IMG/VR virus record: IMGVR_UViG_3300044655_001360
Origin: a virus
Length of the DNA stretch: 64,000 nt
Strand: one strand, 5' to 3'
Position 1 is the stretch's first letter; each line of letters opens with the position of its first letter. The translations under genes were made by a program, and so were the position numbers. Positions 55,691 to 64,000 of the stretch are shown here, piece after piece. Below the pieces are notes generated by a model that saw only the letters and a list, made by a program, of their open reading frames with translations, ran no database searches and was not told the DNA's origin.

Positions 55691-57202
55691 TTACGTTTGC
55701 ATACTACCAACTGCCACTTTATATACAAGTTCGGCCTTATGACCAGAACCATTCGTGTAAGTTAGTATGACCGATTTTGATGTTGGAGATGGTCTTGCGT
55801 TAAAGTCTAATTGTAGAACCAAGTCTGGTCCAGTTACGTTATATATTTGCGTTGTGTAAGCGTAGTCATCGGTAACTTCGATTAGTGTTGGGTCAGTAAG
55901 TATATCACCAACCGTGATTTCTAGTTTACCAGTTCTGATATAATCACCCATCACAATTCCATAATCAATCATTATGTAATCAGTTGATGTATTGAATGTA
56001 GCAAATGCTGTTTCACTGACGTTATTTTCAATAATTTCCAATCCAGTAAAATCAACCAATGAAGCATTGTTCGAATTCGTTATGTCTGGGATTTCATCAG
56101 ACATAAGCGTAACAACCTGTGAGGTTGCATTTCGTCTATCGCAGTTGTAATCAATAACCAAGTTATTTGCAACATCACCAAATATCACTATACTAGTCAT
56201 TGGATTACTGATTGCACCAAACCCATTACCGCATCTAAAAAATGATGAATCTCTGATTAAGGTATTTTTACCATGCGTTGCAATAAATGCGCTATTGTAT
56301 ATGTCGGAAAACACACAATTATCAATAGTCCAATTATTTGCTTGTCCAGTAACACCAGTGGCTGAAATTCCACGATAGCAGTTAGAAAATACACAGTTTT
56401 TAAATCTAACATTAGTTTCTAATACTTCAGTTTGTGTGATGGATATTGCAGTATTAACTATTTCAAACCTACACCCTATGAATTGCACATTATCTAGTTT
56501 GTTACTATTAGTTACGTTTATCCATTTTACCGCAGGGGTATCCCAGTTTACCGGTACTGCGGTTGTGTAGTTACCAGTTATTAAAATATCAGATAATGAA
56601 CTATTGGTTAAACCAGTCAAATCAAAAACCGTATCAGTACCAGTTACCGTAAAGTTTTGTAATTGTACATCAGTTGAGGAGTCAGCATTGATAGTAAAAT
56701 CACCCATACTTAGTATCGTGTTAGCTTGGTTTTCACCGCGTAATATAACACCACTTTGTAATGACCAGTTTCTTAGAAACGTATAAGTTCCAGTTGGTAT
56801 AGTAAGTACTTTTCGGTAAATGTGAGTAGATGCGTATAAATCAGTAATTGCTGATTCGAATGTTTCAGCCCATAATATATTCGCTGAATCATCGATGACA
56901 ACATAGTCAAGAACAGAAACATACTCATCTAGTTTTTCTAGTAATTTCCGTTCTTTGCTTTCGGTAATATCTATATTTTTAGACATGAACGTATAAACAG
57001 CATTTTCAAATATATTTGAATGCTCTGTTAAGATTCTAGTATTACCGATGTATGGAGCTCCTTCGGAAATAGTACCATTACCAATTAACAATTCTTGGGT
57101 ATCAACCGCCCACGCAAGTTCGGCTGAACTTAATTGAGGAATTCCAGTTGCAAGTTTTTGTCCTCGACGTTGTTGTATTCGGCTAATTTGGATTACTGCC
57201 AC
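55691..57202 (-). CDS. Tailspike-like beta-helix protein, tandem paralog
   Basis: Colinear with 54009-55640, near-identical N-terminus. Confidence 0.8.
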   Translation of the reverse strand: MAVIQISRIQQRRGQKLATGIPQLSSAELAWAVDTQELLIGNGTISEGAPYIGNTRILTEHSNIFENAVYTFMSKNIDITESKERKLLEKLDEYVSVLDYVVIDDSANILWAETFESAITDLYASTHIYRKVLTIPTGTYTFLRNWSLQSGVILRGENQANTILSMGDFTINADSSTDVQLQNFTVTGTDTVFDLTGLTNSSLSDILITGNYTTAVPVNWDTPAVKWINVTNSNKLDNVQFIGCRFEIVNTAISITQTEVLETNVRFKNCVFSNCYRGISATGVTGQANNWTIDNCVFSDIYNSAFIATHGKNTLIRDSSFFRCGNGFGAISNPMTSIVIFGDVANNLVIDYNCDRRNATSQVVTLMSDEIPDITNSNNASLVDFTGLEIIENNVSETAFATFNTSTDYIMIDYGIVMGDYIRTGKLEITVGDILTDPTLIEVTDDYAYTTQIYNVTGPDLVLQLDFNARPSPTSKSVILTYTNGSGHKAELVYKVAVGSMQT

Positions 57203-57249
57203 GTAAAATCTCCTAGTATATCTGATATTTAGCCGATTTTAAGAGAGTT

Positions 57250-57948
57250 TTACGCGAACTTCTGGTAGTGTTGCTCGATTCTATCCATCCAAATATTCTG
57301 ATAATAATGAAACTTGTCTGCTGTTAACTGAAACTTTTGGAACTCAAAGTTTTGTGAACACATGAAGATAACACCTTCTTTGATATCAGTACCATACACT
57401 TCGTTATGCGCCATCGCATAAGAAACTAACTGTAGATAGTAATCTTGAACCCATTCCTCTTTCTTGGGTTTATTGGTTTGTTTGTAGTCGAAAATAACTG
57501 GTTTACCTTCATACACACCAATACCATCGGTAGTACCAGAATATAAACCAGGGTAGTAAAGACTCTGCTCAATAGCCCAGATTTCAGAAACTTTAGATAG
57601 TCCATGTTCGATGATAACATTAGCCATCTTATTGGCTTTCTGGTGGATTAAGTTGCTACCTTGCTGTCTTGGTTTACCGAAAACAAAGTTCTCTAAGTTG
57701 TTATGCATGGCAGTACCAAGATTAGCAGCATCTTTTGTTATTTGTTTGGCTTTTTCATGACCAACACGTTCACGCCATTGATCTAAATGTGTCTGATCTT
57801 TAGTAGATGACAGAATAGTAGTTACTGAAGGTAAGTATTCACCATCTGGTGTTAGGTACTTTCTTTTACCTGTAGCCAGATCGTTAATTTGCTCACATGA
57901 TTTGTATTGATAACGTTCAATAATACGAGGGGAGATATAAGTAGTCAT
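57250..57948 (-). CDS. Cas4-like / PD-(D/E)XK exonuclease
   Basis: PSVTTIL, GT.MH..LE, E..L....YSGT.D, DYK, QL..YA. Confidence 0.88.
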   Translation of the reverse strand: MTTYISPRIIERYQYKSCEQINDLATGKRKYLTPDGEYLPSVTTILSSTKDQTHLDQWRERVGHEKAKQITKDAANLGTAMHNNLENFVFGKPRQQGSNLIHQKANKMANVIIEHGLSKVSEIWAIEQSLYYPGLYSGTTDGIGVYEGKPVIFDYKQTNKPKKEEWVQDYYLQLVSYAMAHNEVYGTDIKEGVIFMCSQNFEFQKFQLTADKFHYYQNIWMDRIEQHYQKFA

Positions 57949-57979
57949 GTATAGATTATTACATGACTACCCGGGAATG

Positions 57980-58366
57980 TCAAGCTAATTTGGGTGCAGG
58001 TGGAGTTTTTTCGGATTGATCCATTTGCTTTTCAGCAGCACCAGCCGCAATGTCATCTACACTTTGGCTAGGTGGTGCATTAACATCAGTTTCATCTTGG
58101 TCAGAAACACCAGCTACTTTTAATTCGAGATGTTGTCTATCAAAGTCTTTGGTGATCGATTGGATAGCTGCATCATTATCATACATTGATTTAAACGTAT
58201 CATAGTTAACCAAATCCATACCAATGCTATTACCTAGTTGACTAACTGATTGCCAGTTCATCTTCAATGGTCTTTTAGCACTAGCTGCTCTACCAGCCAA
58301 GTTATGGAGTAAAGCTGCAAATTGGTCAATACCAGTATCAACCCCACTAAATTCGTAAAATCTCAT
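57980..58366 (-). CDS. Hypothetical (probable head-associated) protein
   Basis: MRFYEF N-terminus, late operon. Confidence 0.6.
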   Translation of the reverse strand: MRFYEFSGVDTGIDQFAALLHNLAGRAASAKRPLKMNWQSVSQLGNSIGMDLVNYDTFKSMYDNDAAIQSITKDFDRQHLELKVAGVSDQDETDVNAPPSQSVDDIAAGAAEKQMDQSEKTPPAPKLA

Positions 58367-58650
58367 CCTAGTTTACTCAGTTGGTTTTGAATGTTAGTAA
58401 CTTGCTGTTGGGCAGCCGTAACTGCTTCGCGAGCCTGTTTTAATTGATTCTGTAATTGGGTACGTTGGTCTTGCTTCTGTTTAACCATGATAGCCGCTTG
58501 TTGTTGCGGACTTACTTGGTTAACAGGAGCAGCAGTCTTAACACCACCTTGTGGTGTAACAGGTTGACCAGCCACTGGCTGACCAACCATAGTTGGTGAT
58601 GTACCGAGTTCTGATAATACAAAATTCTCATCTAAATCAGAGAATCGCAT
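58363..58650 (-). CDS. Gln-rich hypothetical (probable head-associated) protein
   Basis: MRFSDLDE start; coiled-coil C-terminus. Confidence 0.55.
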   Translation of the reverse strand: MRFSDLDENFVLSELGTSPTMVGQPVAGQPVTPQGGVKTAAPVNQVSPQQQAAIMVKQKQDQRTQLQNQLKQAREAVTAAQQQVTNIQNQLSKLG

Positions 58651-58651
58651 A

Positions 58652-59449
58652 TTAGCCAGCCAATACTTTCATTACGCGATTGTGAAAGTTAATACTTTCG
58701 CGTTTTTCACGACCAGCTGCTTCAAAACCACCAGCAGCGGGTTCAGCTACTGCAAATTCATCAGCTGGATTCATCATATCTGGTTCAACTGGTTCGATTG
58801 GCTCTTCACCTGGCATACCCATTTCTGGTTCAGGTTCACCTGGGATACGTCCACCTAACATTTCAGCACTTTGTTCTTCACCAGTTAACTGACGAACACC
58901 AGAAGCTAAAACTTCACGAGTATCTTTTAATGAAGTCAATGCTGTTTGAATAGCAGGTGCCACAGTTGAGATAAACTGTTTAGCTTGTTCTTGACTCATT
59001 TCGTCTCTGATAGAATCACCTAGCGTCAACAACGTATCGTTTTCCATACCAGATAATTCTTCAATCCAACGACCTACACGGTCAACCATAGTTTTAGCAG
59101 TTACGATAGCACTTGCTTGTTGGATTTCACCTTCTCTTAATTTTCTCACTTGACCACCTTGTGTTGAAGTTTCTACTACATCAAGACCTGCTTCTTCTCG
59201 CTGTAAGATTTCAGCATTGATTGAATCTAGCATCCATTGTGCTTGGATGTAAGCATCATTGTTTAAATTTTCGTTAAAACCAGCATTACCACGTTCTTGG
59301 CTTAACTGTGTACGTAATTTGTTACGGGCATCTTCTAACTTTGGTAAGTCAAAACTTTCCAAGTTTAACTTACGACCAAAGGTCTTCTCCATCGATTCAT
59401 TTAGACGATGTGATGCTCTGTTGATTTTAAAGATATCAGTTGTTTTCAT
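58652..59449 (-). CDS. Probable prohead core/scaffold-type protein
   Basis: LNE/LRE motifs typical of T4-type protease sites, acidic Pro-rich tail, GREKRES. Confidence 0.55.
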   Translation of the reverse strand: MKTTDIFKINRASHRLNESMEKTFGRKLNLESFDLPKLEDARNKLRTQLSQERGNAGFNENLNNDAYIQAQWMLDSINAEILQREEAGLDVVETSTQGGQVRKLREGEIQQASAIVTAKTMVDRVGRWIEELSGMENDTLLTLGDSIRDEMSQEQAKQFISTVAPAIQTALTSLKDTREVLASGVRQLTGEEQSAEMLGGRIPGEPEPEMGMPGEEPIEPVEPDMMNPADEFAVAEPAAGGFEAAGREKRESINFHNRVMKVLAG

Positions 59450-59478
59450 TTTTTGTTCCTAAATGGTAGATATCGTAT

Positions 59479-59922
59479 TTAGCTATTTTGAATTAGGTTG
59501 TGAACTCTTTTTCTCGCAGCAACAGTCTTATTACGACTTTCTACGTATCTAGCCCAGAATATTTCAGCTAATTGATAATCTCTTGCATCTTCTGCTTGAT
59601 GATATCGGGTTTTAAGAAATTGGCTATCCGTAAACCAACGAGAATGTTCTCTGTCAGCTTCGTAGATTTCATTGGCTTTGAATTTGTTTGTATTGGTGGC
59701 TAGCAGATTAGCAATGGCTATTGCTGCTTTGTTTAGGTGAATGTCTTTGTAGATAACTTGGTCATCTTTAATTAGGTGTTTTGCCGAACCGTCGCATACT
59801 ATCAATATGTTTCCTACTAAGATACCTTCTGGAACTTCTATTGGTAGTATGCGATTATTCTTTATTAGTTTCTTATGGGTTGCCTGAATGACATTCGATA
59901 ATCTTTTAGAAAGCGACGTCAT
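59479..59922 (-). CDS. Hypothetical phage protein
   Basis: ORF in late operon. Confidence 0.65.
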   Translation of the reverse strand: MTSLSKRLSNVIQATHKKLIKNNRILPIEVPEGILVGNILIVCDGSAKHLIKDDQVIYKDIHLNKAAIAIANLLATNTNKFKANEIYEADREHSRWFTDSQFLKTRYHQAEDARDYQLAEIFWARYVESRNKTVAARKRVHNLIQNS

Positions 59923-59934
59923 AACAGCACAACC

Positions 59935-60180
59935 TTAGTTAGTTTTTGTTAATAACGCAATTACAATAGAGATAATTCCAGTGATAACGGTACCTGCAGT
60001 TCCTACGATAACTTTAACTAAACTTTTCTGACCATTAAGAATGTCCTCATGAACATTATCAACTTTGGTTTCTAAGTTAGTTAATCTAGTATCTAGTTGT
60101 TCATACCGGATCGCGCACAAATCAACATGTGCTTCTAAACTTTCTCTTTCTAATTGTGTTGTTCGTGGTGCAGATGCCAT
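59935..60180 (-). CDS. Coiled-coil protein with C-terminal transmembrane helix
   Basis: Start reset to MASAPR (AGGAG RBS); E..SLEAHVDLCA.RY..L..RL; hydrophobic end. Confidence 0.65.
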   Translation of the reverse strand: MASAPRTTQLERESLEAHVDLCAIRYEQLDTRLTNLETKVDNVHEDILNGQKSLVKVIVGTAGTVITGIISIVIALLTKTN

Positions 60181-60202
60181 CGTATTATCTCCTAAAATAA
60201 CG

Positions 60203-60553
60203 TTAGCGGTTGTCGTTAGACAAAAATTCTTCAATCGTGTCACCGTCATCAAGGGGGTCTCCATGACAGGCACATGATGCTTCTTCATATTCACGAAGTA
60301 GTTGCTGTGCCTCAAGTAAACCTTCTTTAATTTCATCGACTGATAGAAGAGTATGTTCAATTGTTTTAAATACGGTAGCAAGTGTTAGTATTATCCAACC
60401 CGATCCTAATACACATATTGCGAATAGAATAAGTAATCCTAGTCTGGTTAGGTCATAATTATTTGTTTCTAATGCCCAAACAGAGACTCCGATAATACTC
60501 GTTATCGCGCCCAATGTTAAGCTCAACAGTACCTTCCATGTTTTTAGTCCCAT
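60203..60553 (-). CDS. Two-transmembrane protein
   Basis: Two hydrophobic helices; CTAAATA promoter just upstream. Confidence 0.55.
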   Translation of the reverse strand: MGLKTWKVLLSLTLGAITSIIGVSVWALETNNYDLTRLGLLILFAICVLGSGWIILTLATVFKTIEHTLLSVDEIKEGLLEAQQLLREYEEASCACHGDPLDDGDTIEEFLSNDNR

Positions 60554-60561
60554 ACATGTAT

Positions 60562-60957
60562 TTAGCCGATTTTGGCCAACCAAACGTTACAATGCCTACC
60601 TATCGTACAAAATGCAGCAGGGTAAATATCGACTGTATTGGTTAAATTTGCTATGATTGGAACCCCATTGATGTCAACTAAGAGATGCCCAACTGGGTCG
60701 TCATCCTTTAAAAAGACTTGATCTCGTTCAGTTGTGAACTCCCAAATCCAGTGATTTGCCTTACCTTCGATTGGTTCTGGTAAACTTCCAGTATGTTTTA
60801 TGGGTAGCGAATCCCATTCTAAGTTACTTCTCAACCCGATAGCTTGTGTTAAGCTGCTAAAGTTGGCTCTTTGGTGTTTTGCTAGCTGTGACGTGTCATA
60901 CTCGTCCGATGAGTACACGGTAATATCAACGGTAGTTATTACTTGATAAGTTTCCAT
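60562..60957 (-). CDS. Hypothetical phage protein
   Basis: ORF after CTAAATA promoter. Confidence 0.65.
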   Translation of the reverse strand: METYQVITTVDITVYSSDEYDTSQLAKHQRANFSSLTQAIGLRSNLEWDSLPIKHTGSLPEPIEGKANHWIWEFTTERDQVFLKDDDPVGHLLVDINGVPIIANLTNTVDIYPAAFCTIGRHCNVWLAKIG

Positions 60958-60974
60958 TTAGTATTTAGAGGACG

Positions 60975-61002
60975 AAAAAAAGGGCGGTAAACCGCCCTCT
61001 TT
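60975..61002 (-). terminator. Intrinsic terminator
   Basis: AGGGCGG-TTTA-CCGCCCTTTTTT on minus strand. Confidence 0.8.
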
Positions 61003-61045
61003 AACCCATCCCTGGCCCCCAAAGGTGAGGAATTCCGAAAAATGA

Positions 61046-61465
61046 TTAAGCTACAGTAAATGCAGTACCTAAAGTTACAGTAGTACCAGATACGTCAACA
61101 CCAGATAAACCATCAGATGCACCAACAGTTGTACCTAATGCACGAATGATTTCTTGTAAGCCTGGTTTAGTTGCATCACCAGTAGTAGCTACAGGTGCAG
61201 CGTGACCATCAACAACTACGCTGATAACACCAGAAGTGTCAGCAGGTGCGTAGAATGCTAAAATACCACTTGGCATAACGCGCATGATTTTTTCAAATGC
61301 TTCGTTTGGAGCATCATCCAATGGTTGTAAATTGATTGGTGTACCACCAACATTTTTTACAACGATGTTGTAGAATTTTGTACTTGCACCGATGATTGCA
61401 CCAGTTGCACCGTTTAATACACCTACGTCTCCTGCGAGACCGTTTACTCTTGTTTGGCTAGCCAT
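61046..61465 (-). CDS. Probable abundant virion structural protein
   Basis: Own CTAAATA promoter, 5' hairpin, TAAGGAG RBS, own terminator, Ala/Gly/Thr/Val-rich. Confidence 0.6.
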   Translation of the reverse strand: MASQTRVNGLAGDVGVLNGATGAIIGASTKFYNIVVKNVGGTPINLQPLDDAPNEAFEKIMRVMPSGILAFYAPADTSGVISVVVDGHAAPVATTGDATKPGLQEIIRALGTTVGASDGLSGVDVSGTTVTLGTAFTVA

Positions 61466-61543
61466 GATTATTTTCTCCTTATCATAAGGTTCCGCTCAGG
61501 AACCGGCATTAGTATTTAGATTGAATTCGAGGGAATTGGGTTA

Positions 61544-61813
61544 CTAGTCCAATTTTCGCTTTGCTTTACGGGACTCCGCTATCTTGCGGATTCCTCTAGT
61601 AAATTTGGCAGGGTCGGAACCCTTGATAGAATTAACCAGTCTACGTTCCAACTCCAACGCGGTGTCGGCATCGTAATGTTTGCGGATACTTTCGAGCAAG
61701 TTGATTGCTGAAGTTATTACATTCATTGCTCTGCTTTCGATTAATGATTCGGTATTGCGGACATCTGCAATATCGTTCAACTCTTCTAAGATGGATCGTG
61801 TTTGCGGTTTCAT
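61544..61813 (-). CDS. Hypothetical phage protein
   Basis: TRSILEEL...ESRA..VI.SAINL...LERRL.NSIK..D..KF.RGI; late promoter immediately upstream. Confidence 0.7.
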   Translation of the reverse strand: MKPQTRSILEELNDIADVRNTESLIESRAMNVITSAINLLESIRKHYDADTALELERRLVNSIKGSDPAKFTRGIRKIAESRKAKRKLD

Positions 61814-61946
61814 ACTAGTATTTAGCTTAATTTAAGTTAAAAAAATGCCGCTATTCGAATTCTCCCGGCACGACTCGTTTGAAATTCAGGTAAGCGGCGA
61901 ACCCACACCTATCGCAAAAAACTCACGATTCTAAGGTAGGCGGTGT

Positions 61947-62705
61947 TCAGTTTAATCCAGGCCAGTCTTTTAATTGGCTAGCAACAGATTCTATTATATA
62001 TGAGTTTGGTAATGATGGCAAGAAGTTTAACTTAGTTAACTGTTCTAGCTCGGAAACAGAAATAACAAACTTAGGTAAATCCTTTACGTTTAACGCAATA
62101 TTAGGTATTAGAAAGGCAATAACTTTTCCAGTAGTTTTATCATGAACGACTTTCCACAGAAAATCAGGCACGCCAACCTTATTAATCCCAACTGTTTTAT
62201 AAATTGGTTGATAATATGTACCACTAGCAACATACACCTCGTGCCCAGCTAATACCAAATTACGAATCTTAGTTTCTAAGTGATTCCATATAATACGATT
62301 ATTGCTTGGGTTTTGCGGTACCATATTAGATAATGCAAAACTTTCACTCATTATAATATTGTTAGTAGTATTATCACCAGCAGGTGCTAAATGTCCTTTA
62401 TCATAGCCACTTTTGTTGTAATCGGCGATTGCACTTTGGTATTGCTTTGGTAAAGACGTATCAGGGTGGAAGTTGTCTTGCCGTTTCGCAGGCCCCTTTA
62501 TTGACGGAACAGTAGGGCGTTCAACAACATACTCCGCAGTTTTCGTATCCACTCGATAGTTAACTGCGTAGTTTTGTTTACATAGATATAAGGTATTAGC
62601 ACGAACACTAACAGGAGCACCGCTAGAAACAAATTGTGGGCACTTATCGTCAATTGGATTAGCCAACGCGACGACTGGTAATAACATCAACAACAGTTTT
62701 TTCAC
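61947..62705 (-). CDS. DNA/RNA non-specific endonuclease (NucA/EndoG family) with signal peptide
   Basis: DY..SGYDKGHLAPA.D.......ESF.LSNM.PQ...NR..W..LE; VP...WKV. Confidence 0.92.
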   Translation of the reverse strand: MKKLLLMLLPVVALANPIDDKCPQFVSSGAPVSVRANTLYLCKQNYAVNYRVDTKTAEYVVERPTVPSIKGPAKRQDNFHPDTSLPKQYQSAIADYNKSGYDKGHLAPAGDNTTNNIIMSESFALSNMVPQNPSNNRIIWNHLETKIRNLVLAGHEVYVASGTYYQPIYKTVGINKVGVPDFLWKVVHDKTTGKVIAFLIPNIALNVKDLPKFVISVSELEQLTKLNFLPSLPNSYIIESVASQLKDWPGLN

Positions 62706-62718
62706 AGTGTTCCTTGAA

Positions 62719-63483
62719 TTATGGGTTAACTAAACCGTTGCTTACGTTCCAAGCGCCTTCCGTGAAGATTGCAGTTGCAGTAGTTTTTGCATCTGAATCA
62801 GCACCAGCAGTTACATCAAATGGTCTCCAAACTGCAGAAGTTGCAATGGTAGCAACGTCGCTAGTGATAACTCGGATATTGTCAACATTAACTACTGAAC
62901 CAGTTGCACTACCAGTTGAGTGCATCACGAAGTAACAAATTTGACCTTCGGTTCCATTAGTTAAACGATAGGTACCGGTTCCTAACACATAAATTTGCTT
63001 TGTTTGATCTAAAACCGTAGGTGGGTTGGCATTGCCTACTGGAATGCTGACTTCTGGTGACTGCGCGGATGCACTCAATACCCCGTTCGCAATAGTTAAA
63101 TTATTACCAACTTTAACACCACCCAGAATTGTATCAGTCGCAGTTGGTAATGTATACGGTGCTGACGTTGCGCTTAATACACCGTTCGTAATACTCAAGT
63201 TGTTACCAACTTTAACACCACCCAGAACTGAATCAGTCGCAGTCGGTAAAGTGACTGTTAAGTCCATTGCGTTTGTATCATCGTGATACGTTACTGCAAT
63301 GTTTGTTTTAACACCAGCAGCCAACATAGCAGCAGTTGCATCTTGTGCCGCTTCAGCTAAACTTACGTTAGCAGGTACACCATGACCAGACCATTTAGTA
63401 CCGTCATAGTAATAAATCACACCGTTTGGTGCTTCGTATACATTACCAACCGAAGCTGGATCTGATGGGAATTGTAATGCCAT
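62719..63483 (-). CDS. Tail-fibre-like structural protein
   Basis: FPS.P..G..Y.....Y.YDG.KW; LPTATD..LGGVKVG.NL.I.NGVLSA x2. Confidence 0.75.
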   Translation of the reverse strand: MALQFPSDPASVGNVYEAPNGVIYYYDGTKWSGHGVPANVSLAEAAQDATAAMLAAGVKTNIAVTYHDDTNAMDLTVTLPTATDSVLGGVKVGNNLSITNGVLSATSAPYTLPTATDTILGGVKVGNNLTIANGVLSASAQSPEVSIPVGNANPPTVLDQTKQIYVLGTGTYRLTNGTEGQICYFVMHSTGSATGSVVNVDNIRVITSDVATIATSAVWRPFDVTAGADSDAKTTATAIFTEGAWNVSNGLVNP

Positions 63484-63524
63484 TTTAATCTCCTAGAATT
63501 TGTTTGCGGCTTGGTGCCGACTTG

Positions 63525-64000
63525 TTAATTTGGTGTTGGGTTCGTATCTACCCAAGCGTTCGAATATCTAATATACAGTCTACCACCAACCGTGTCAAAC
63601 CACATATCGCCAGGATTCGGTGATGTGGGTGGTATGTCACTCATTACGGTGGTAGATCCACTACTACTATTAGCTTCAGGGTTGGTATCAACCCAAGTAC
63701 TTGAGAAATAGACGTATAGTCTTCCACTTACTGTATCATACCATAGATCACCAATCGAAGCAGCTGATGGTGCTACACTATTTACGGTTACTGAACTAGT
63801 TCCACCTGAACCAGCAGTTTCTGGGTTTGTATCGACCCAAGTATTTGAGTAATACACATACAATCTACCACCGGTGGTATCAAACCATAGATCACCGACT
63901 GACGGTGAAGATGGTGCAGTGTCACCAGTAGTAATAGAACCAGAACCTTCTGAACCAGCAGTTTCTGGGTTTGTATCAACCCAAGTATTTGAGTAATACA
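63525..64000 (-). CDS. 3' end of a repeat-rich virion protein (truncated by window edge)
   Basis: Frame stays open to the edge; repeats of P..P..GDLW.DT..GRLYVY.S..WVDTNP. Confidence 0.75.
   Translation of the reverse strand, partial: YYSNTWVDTNPETAGSEGSGSITTGDTAPSSPSVGDLWFDTTGGRLYVYYSNTWVDTNPETAGSGGTSSVTVNSVAPSAASIGDLWYDTVSGRLYVYFSSTWVDTNPEANSSSGSTTVMSDIPPTSPNPGDMWFDTVGGRLYIRYSNAWVDTNPTPN

Noticed and set aside
57250-57948. CRISPR-associated Cas4
   Set aside because: Solo Cas4-like exonucleases are routine in T4-like phages; no cas1/cas2 or array nearby
59935-60553. Holin/antiholin pair
   Set aside because: Transmembrane helices are present but there is no adjacent endolysin or diagnostic motif; left as membrane proteins
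1-64000. Stop-codon reassignment
   Set aside because: Long genes are intact in the standard code, and TAG, TGA and TAA all end conserved proteins at expected positions

Overview
A 64-kb segment of an AT-rich, T4-like (myovirus-type) jumbo bacteriophage genome read in the standard code, with almost all genes on the minus strand. It carries replication and nucleotide genes (clamp loader, dCMP deaminase, MazG-like pyrophosphatase, ThyX, NrdA with a mini-intein, NrdB, a stand-alone DnaE fragment, Cas4-like and DEDDh exonucleases, UvsE), host-takeover genes (PhoH with an intein, GroES-like, parvulin, ClpS, bS21, Imm) and a large baseplate/tail-fibre set rich in bacterial adhesin-type Ig repeats. 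Both sigma70-type and T4-late-type (C/T)TAAATA promoters are visible. The most unusual part is the first 9 kb. It holds an iteron-like repeat field, a ~450-nt highly structured non-coding RNA candidate with its own consensus promoters, and an array of 11 small, diversified DUF1566/Lcl (C-type-lectin-fold) paralogs. The array is interlaced with a recurrent 12-bp box (CTAAAAGATAAT) and a 22-bp REP-like hairpin. Elsewhere there is an atypical tRNA-like gene, a structured lysin leader, an IS200/IS605-end-like remnant, and an FN3-like domain split across two ORFs that suggests a +1 frameshift fusion. All calls are by eye from motifs; no searches were run.
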